Positions 16,262 through 23,327 of a stretch of 23,327 nt of DNA are shown here, in pieces. Under the pieces are notes generated by a model. It saw only the letters and a program-made list of their open reading frames with translations. It was not told the DNA's origin and made no database searches. Source of the DNA: Piromyces finnis finn (taxonomy: Eukaryota > Fungi > Neocallimastigomycota); assembly GCA_002104945.1 (NCBI GenBank), contig MCFH01000153.1, positions 1 to 23,327 of the forward strand. The letters run 5' to 3'. Made by a program: the position numbers and the translations under genes. How positions within the stretch are numbered: the stretch's first letter is position 1; every line of letters starts with the position of its first letter.

Positions 16262-16907
16262 GATAATAAATTCTAATTAAAAATATTGAATATAAAATAA
16301 ATACTAATAAAAATTATAAATATAACGTGTATGGAAAAAAAATCTGTCTCTCTCTCTCTTCTTAAAAGTACTGGATAGTACAAAAATTGTTACGATGCTT
16401 TGTTTAAAGTTTTTTTTTTTTTTTTGAATTCTAGTTGTAAATTTTCTTTAAAAATTCTAGTTTTGGTTTGTTGTTAGTAAATTCGAATCGCTTTTTGACA
16501 CTAAACTTGTTTGACTTTACTTTTCATTAAATATTTAAATTGGTAAAAAATTTGAATCAAGAATGTCGACACCAGAAAGCTTGTGAATAGTATTTTTACA
16601 TGATGTAGAGTGAATCAGTCTCTTACAAGAAACAATACAACAATAGCTACATGAATATAAAAGTACAATGCAAATGCTAAAGTTGACTACATTGGATTCT
16701 TACAAGAGAAGAGTAGTACTACATGAATACATGAATAAAAGAAAAAATACAGCAACAAAATGTATTACTCTTCTAATTAAATACTATACAAACTTACCTG
16801 AATATCAAACATTCAACTTATTCATCAAATACTTAATTCGATGAATAAAATGTTTTTTAATCGCTCAGTACCATGAGCTTAGTCCTAATAATTTCCCTAA
16901 AGACTAA

Positions 16908-17152
16908 CCAAGCATCCATTGCGCAATGCTTGGATTTAATTCTTTCTACTCTCTCAGTACCATGAGCATGAGTAGACCCCCTTGATAAACTCCATTATTA
17001 AATAAATGAAGGCACGTTCCTAAGAGGGCACCAAGCATCCATTGCGCAATACTTGGATTTAATTCTTTCTACTCTCTCAGTACCATGAGCATGAGTAGAC
17101 CCCTTGAGAAACTACATTTATTAAATAAATGAAGGCACGTTCCCAAGAGGGG
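16908..17152. repeat. Two tandem ~123-bp direct repeats, each starting with a palindromic hairpin; partial third piece at 16864-16878
   Basis: Units 16908-17030 and 17031-17152 (ccaagcatccattgcgcaat[g/a]cttggatttaattctttctactctctcagtaccatgagcatgagtagacccc...gaaggcacgttcc..agaggg). CTCAGTACCATGAGC recurs at 16864. Confidence 0.95.
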
Positions 17153-17296
17153 TCCAGAGACTAAAAGTATAAATAGAAATAATATACTTTCCAGAGAAGT
17201 TTTCAAGTGAAGCTTGACACGAATTGGTGAAAACCTAAATATAAACCTCTCATTCCGGAACTGATTCGTCAGCTTTCTTGAAAAGTGTCTATAGTT

Positions 17297-17494
17297 TTGT
17301 TAAAACTTCTTCCCTCAAGAAGGAATTTAAATATTTTACTTCACACACTAGAATAATCATACACAAAGAGCTTTTAATAGCTGGTTTAAGGGACAAATTT
17401 TTATCAAATGGAATGGCATCTACTAAACTAACCAATGAGCTCATAATGTTTTTATTCGAAGAGATACTAACATTGAATCCTGTGAACGGAACAT
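17297..17494 (-). mobile_element. Remainder of the older LINE copy: mosaic of two family A pieces and one family B piece
   Basis: 17297-17365 matches 11993-12061; 17366-17413 matches 13096-13142; 17414-17494 matches B copy 2 at 10518-10598 (11 mismatches in 81 by my count). Confidence 0.85.
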
Positions 17495-18071
17495 AAACTA
17501 ATCTATATTGATTTTAAAAACTAACATTTCAAGTAATTTTAATATTGATTCATAATTAAAATAGTTTTAACTTTTATTTTTTCTTATTTAAACACAAAGC
17601 TCTCTAATAACAATTATTTATTATATTTATTATATTTTATATTTTTATTTTATTGTTTTTCGTTTTTTTTTTGTTTTTTTAATATATTTGCAAATTTTTT
17701 AAAGTTAGTTATTCTCATTTTCCATCCTTTAAATTTATTCTAAATTACATTTTTATTTTGCATGTTGTTCTTATTTGCAACTTCAAAATATTAAAGGATG
17801 ATTTTATATTTACTTTAACTTCTATTCAAAATTTTTTTAATTTTTTACATTTTATATCTAAAAAAATTGCTATTATTTATGATTATATTAAATATGAAAA
17901 TATACATAATTTTTTAATAAATTAATTTAATAAAATATTAATTGAAAAATGAAATAGCTTTTGTTTGTACTTTTGTATTTTTTTAAAGATAGTATAAAGA
18001 AATGTTGAAACCTCTTATATTTTCATAATGATCTGTTATATTATATTATTAATGAGTTCCACATTGTTAAC

Positions 18072-19419
18072 TTAGAATTAAGTTCCTTTGGTTGTCCAAG
18101 TGAATTGAGAGCGACCGAAGTGACCGTAACAAGCAGTTTCTTGGTAAATTGGTCTCCAGAGATCGAGTTCTTGAACATAAAACCTGGACGGAGATCGAAG
18201 TTCTTCTTAATGATTTCTAAGATTTCAGCATTGGACTTAACACCGTACCGTAGGTATCAACAAAGATAGAGCATGGTTCAGAAACACCAATAGCGGTATG
18301 AGATTTGAACTAAGCAACGACGACATAACTTAGCATTAACTAAAGACTTAGCAACCCATCTAGCAGCTAAGCAGCAGAACGGTCAACCTTAGACCAATCC
18401 TTACCGGAGAAGCACCACCACCGTGAGCACCCCAACCACCGTAAGTATCGACATAATCTTACGACCAGTAAGACCAGCATCACCTTGTGGACCACCAATA
18501 ATGAACTTACCAGATGGTTGCATGTGGTAAATAGTCTTTCAGTTAATAAGTTGGCTGGAATAACAGTTTTAACAACCTTTTCAACAAGTTCCTTACGTAA
18601 TTCTTCAGTAGTAATTTCTGGAGCATGTTGAGTAGAAATAACAACATTGTGAACACTAATGGAGTAGTAACACCGTTTTCAATCTTGTATTCAACGGTAA
18701 CTTGAGTCTTGGTATCTGGACGTAACCATGGAAGATACCATCTCTACGGAGTTCAGCTAACTTAAGGTTAAGCTTGTGAGCTAACATGTGAGAAAGTGGC
18801 ATTATTCTGGAGTTTCATCAGTAGCGTAACCAAACATAATACCTTGGTCACCAGCACCAATATCTTCGACGTTAGTGGAAACTTGAGTAAGACCTTGAGC
18901 AATATCTGGAGATTGTTGTTCAATGGCAACTAAAACGTTACAAGTCTTGTAATCGAAACCCTTGGAAGAATCATCATAACCGATCTTCTTAATAGCAGAT
19001 CTGACAACCTTTTGGAAATCAATTTGAGCGTTAGTGGTAATTCACCAAAGACCATAATCATACCAGTCTTGGCAGCTGTGTTATGTTGATAACAATAATT
19101 AAATTTTTATTAATATATTTTCATTTAATTATTACTAGAAATTCTTAATATTTTTCATTTTAATAAACTCACCAGTTCACAAGCAACGTGAGAGAACTTA
19201 TCTTGAGCAAGACAGGCATCAGAATAGCATCAGAAATTTGATCACAGATCTTATCTATTTAATATTAATATTAATATTTATTAATACTTTGCTTTTATAC
19301 ATATATTCAATTATTGACTTTTTTTTTTCTTTTTAATATTAATTTATTTACTGATTTAAATATTTACCTGGGTGACCTTCACCAACAGATTCAGAAGTAA
19401 AAAGGAAAGTTTCAGCCAT
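18072..19419 (-). CDS. SAM2: S-adenosylmethionine synthetase (methionine adenosyltransferase), 3 exons; multiple 1-bp deletions in this assembly
   Basis: Exons 19419-19368, 19254-19173, 19075-18072 with GT-AG introns. [94 protein letters not shown]. Confidence 0.93.
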
Positions 19420-22173
19420 TGCTTATTTATGAATTAATAAATCTATATAAATATAAAATATATTGTTTATAATTTTTATAATAAATACTCATTAATATCA
19501 ATATTCATTTTTAATAACTACTTATAACTTTTTCTAATCTTAATATATGCTATTTATACTTCACTTACAAATTAATTTTCTGTGAAGAAAAAAACAAAAA
19601 AGGGTAATTTTTATCCTTTTAAATAAAAATTTGATTTCCAAATATTTTATTTAGACATATTATATATTGTATTAAAATTACAAAATGTGATAAATACCCA
19701 ATAATATTAATTATATCCAATCATGAAATTTTTATATATGATAAACTAAAAGTGATTGGGAAAATTACTAGTGAATGGATAATCATATTTACATGATGAA
19801 TAATAATCTTTTTTAATTTTGCTATTTCACTACAATTCTATTTAATACTCTTTATATTTTATATATGTTCCCTTGTATTATTAAGTATTATAATAAATTT
19901 TCTATATTTTCTAATTAATATAAATAAAAATCTAGTATTTTTAAAAAAAATAATTTATAAACTTGGTGGTATAGAGCACACTAACAATAATTGTTAGTAA
20001 TCAAACAAATCCATAAAAACAAAAAAATTAAGTTTAAAAAAAACGAATTACAAAATTAATATAATAATAAATGATTTATATAATTAAATATATTCCTTTA
20101 TTCATTATTTATAATTCTATCAATTGTTTTATTTTTATCTATTAAATATGATAATGTAATGGTTATATATAACTAATTTATAGATTATTATTTCATATGA
20201 TATATATTATATTATATTATTAAAATCAATTAAATAATTAATAATATAAAATATTTTGTATAAAAAAATTAATTTGCTTATTGTTAATATAATATACTTA
20301 TATTTATTTTTTAATAATAATAAATATATTATATATTCCTATTATATATAATATTATATGATTAAATAAAAATTTCTTTAATTTGATTTTTTATTATTAT
20401 TATTTATTTCAAACTTTTTTGTAATATCGTATTATTATTTATATATCCTTTTATATATTAAACATAATGTATATTAATTTAATTTAATTAAAATAAAGTA
20501 ATTAAGCTTTTAATTTAATGGAACTTTATTAATTATAGAAATTCAATCAAATCTTTGATTCAAAAAATATATTGGCTGCTTTTTTTGCAATACTAATGTA
20601 ATATCATAGATTTACATTTTAATATCACTTAAAACCTATTCATTTAATAAATATATTTACAATATATTACTTTAAATATACAATTATAAGTATTTTTATT
20701 TTCTAAAAATTAAAAAGAATGATATAAATTATATGGTTTATGGATGTTGACTTTCATAATAATCTAATTGATTTTTATTTGCATAATTAATTGTATGTCA
20801 TTAGGTTGGAAAATAAATAAAATAAATATAAAAATAGTATTATAAAACTTTATCCATATAATTCATGTTTTAAGTTCAAGATCTAAAAATTTTAAAATTT
20901 TTATAATTATGGAAAAAATTATAAATCAAGCCACCAAGTAGCTGTATGAAAAAAGTATCTTTTATTTTTACTTACTTTTGTATTTTGTATATGTAAATTT
21001 AAGTTATATATATAGGTAAATTGCTAATAAGCTAAAATATGATTATTTTTTTATTAAAAGCTTAATAAAGTCATATTAAATTAATATTACATCTATTTAC
21101 TTATCATAATGTATTTATTAACTAATAATTTGTAATATTCTTTTTTTTGTAATTTAATTAACTGTTAACCAATGAAATTTTGACTTATCATTTTTTTTTA
21201 TTTAATTCATCCTCATAAAAATGGATTATTATTTATGTTTAAAATTTAATAAAATTTTGTTATTGATAAAAGTTAACACATTATGTGTTAATAAATATCC
21301 AATAAAATTTTGTGTAATTTTATCAAATAATATTAAGTCCTTATTTGTAATATTTAGCAAATAAAATGATCTGGAAAGATAACTTTAATTTTGTTAATAA
21401 CAGTCTTTATCATATGTATAATACATTTTAATATTAATGTTGTATATTTAAAAAAATTAGAACTTATTATTCTATTATACTGAGTAAGGATGATTTTATT
21501 TATATTATACTTCTTGTAATATCATGTTTTTAAAAAAAAAAAAAAAATGAAAATGAAAATTCTGTAGGTACTTATATTTTTAATAATTGAATAGATTAAA
21601 AATTTAATATATAAATATATTGATAAATATTCTTTTTAATAATCATATAAGAAGATCATTTATCGGAATTACTTTAATTTTAAAATGTACATAATATCAT
21701 TCTGTTTAAACATCATTTTTCATATTATTAGTTTATATTAATTTAAGTGGAAAGAAAATTATTAACTAAAAATGAAAGATTATTTAATTTTTTATAAAAT
21801 TTTCTATTTTCACATTAAAAGACATTTAATATAAAAAGTTATCATTATTATATTTAATTAATTAATATTAACATAAAAATAAATAAAAATGTATAAATGA
21901 AATAATAAAGAATAAATATTTTATATGTATTTTAAAACTCAGACTACTTTTTTAAAAAATTTAAAAAAAGTTAAAATATTTCTTATAATGTAAACATATA
22001 CATAAATTTAGAACTGTAATAAATGTTACTTATTTTTTTAATTAATAAATACAAAATATTAATTTTATCAAAATCTATTATTATTATAGGCAAGAAAATA
22101 TAAAAAAAAAAAATAAATAATATTTGTAAAAGTATATAAGATATATATAAATAATAAAAAGGAAATAAAAATA

Positions 22174-22605
22174 ATGATGATGATTATAATGCACAAAGAA
22201 AGTCTGTTAGAGAAAGATTACAAGAAAAAATTGGTTTTTTGTCCAAAAGGTATATTTTATATAAAACATTATGTAATTGATTTTCTATTACTAAATATTT
22301 ATTATTATATATATACTAATTGTTTGTTACTTTCATTATTTTAGACTCTATTGGTTGGTTATATGCAGCAAGAGGATTTTATAAATTAGAAGATTATCAT
22401 TCTGTCATAGAATGTATAACACCAGCATTACGTAATGAAAGAACAAAAAGAGAAAGTCAACACTTACTTGCATTTCTTTTCTACATACCGGTCAAATTGA
22501 AGCAGCGCTGGTGCATTTTTTAAAAGTATAAATTTAGGAAACGATACAGATTGGCAACCATTTGTTGAACTTTTAATAGATAATCCAAAATTAAAATTGA
22601 GTTAG
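22174..22605 (+). CDS. Small TPR-like protein (~115 aa), 2 exons, function unknown
   Basis: Exons 22174-22249 and 22345-22605 join in frame: MMMIIMHKESLLEKDYKKKLVFCPK|DSIGWLYAARGFYKLEDYHSVIECITPALRNERTKRESQHLLAFSFLHTGQIEAALVHFFKSINLGNDTDWQPFVELLIDNPKLKLS*. Two 1-bp corrections in T runs are needed. Residue pattern resembles TPR repeats. The start is uncertain and upstream exons are possible. Confidence 0.6.
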
Positions 22606-23327
22606 AATAGGAAAAAGTAATATGCAAAAAAAAACATTTTTTTTAAAATATATCATATTTTTGTAATTAAATTATTAATCTGTAGTAATTTATCAAAACT
22701 TTTATTTTAAAAAGAATAATATTAAGTAATCTTTTTAATATACCCATTTAATCTATATGTAAATGTAAATAAAAAGATTTACATATATACATATTTATTT
22801 AATAATTTTTTTATTTATTTTGATTTAAAAAATATAAATTCAATAAATATTACACAAAAGGTTAGATTTGAGTAACAATAGTATAATAAATATTATTAAT
22901 AAAAAAATATCTTTTTTATATAAGAAATGTGTTAAGCTAATGGCAATAATTTTATTTTATTTAAATATATATTCATTAAAAATATAAATAATGAAATAAA
23001 AATATGATATATTATAAATAAAAATTAGTAAAATATTAATAAAATAAAAACAAGAAAGGTTTAAATATTAAAATCTAAACCTTTAATTTTTGTGGAAAAA
23101 AATCTTTCATTTTTATAAAATCATAAGTAGAAAAAATTAATTATGAAAATGAAATTAGAAAAAAATATAAATTATTACATTTTATATATATTAATGAGTA
23201 GCTCTTAGAAAATATGCTTATTATAAAAACTAATTTATAATTTTCTTTTCAATAATAAAGAATAATAGGATACTTTTTAATGGATTATTAATATTTTTAT
23301 ATTACCAAAGAAAGATATTATGATTAA

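Larger units (their letters stand above)
11461..17296 (-). mobile_element. Young, near full-length non-LTR retrotransposon (LINE family A) with extra 5' sequence, bounded by a 15-bp TSD
   Basis: Poly(A) tail (T run to 11502), ~240-bp 3' UTR, APE-RT-CCHC ORF. TTGTTAAAACTTCTT at both 11446-11460 and 17297-17311. Confidence 0.88.

Noticed and set aside
16864-17494. CRISPR-like reading: palindromic repeats next to short transposon-derived pieces
   Set aside because: The repeats are adjacent, with no unique spacers between them; the context is eukaryotic with no cas genes. The pieces are explained by a TSD, a deletion and template switching.
19966-19998. GGTGGTATAG tRNA-like words followed by the palindrome ACTAACAAT-A-ATTGTTAGT
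   Set aside because: No cloverleaf or T-loop (GTTCRA), and no Helitron-type GC-rich hairpin with CTRR end; a 9-bp AT-rich stem is plausible by chance.
19500-22100. Possible hidden exons or elements in the long intergenic region
   Set aside because: No ORF, consistent exon chain, terminal repeats or internal repeats that I can support; treated as AT-rich intergenic/promoter DNA.

Overview
Very AT-rich, intron-containing eukaryotic DNA. A fungal dockerin (CBM10/NCDD)-GH45 cellulase points to an anaerobic gut fungus (Neocallimastigomycota); this is inference. From left to right: (1) a fold-back inverted duplication (1-1100 / 1138-2234) carrying two head-to-head copies of a dockerin-GH45 endoglucanase gene; (2) an ~18-exon acylamino-acid-releasing enzyme gene (S9/APEH, 3681-8876, +); (3) an ~8 kb nest of non-LTR retrotransposons, all on the minus strand (9274-17494): two 3' fragments of a divergent family 'B', an older fragmented copy of family 'A', and a near full-length APE-RT-CCHC family A element; (4) a 3-exon S-adenosylmethionine synthetase gene (18072-19419, -); (5) a small TPR-like gene (22174-22605, +). 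The best-supported unexplained structure: a 15-bp target-site duplication shows the young LINE inserted into an older copy of its own family and carried ~1 kb of extra 5' sequence (a second poly(A), two 123-bp hairpin-containing repeats and a copy of its own endonuclease segment). Many host genes show 1-bp homopolymer frameshifts, probably long-read consensus errors, so several exon boundaries and reading frames are manual reconstructions.
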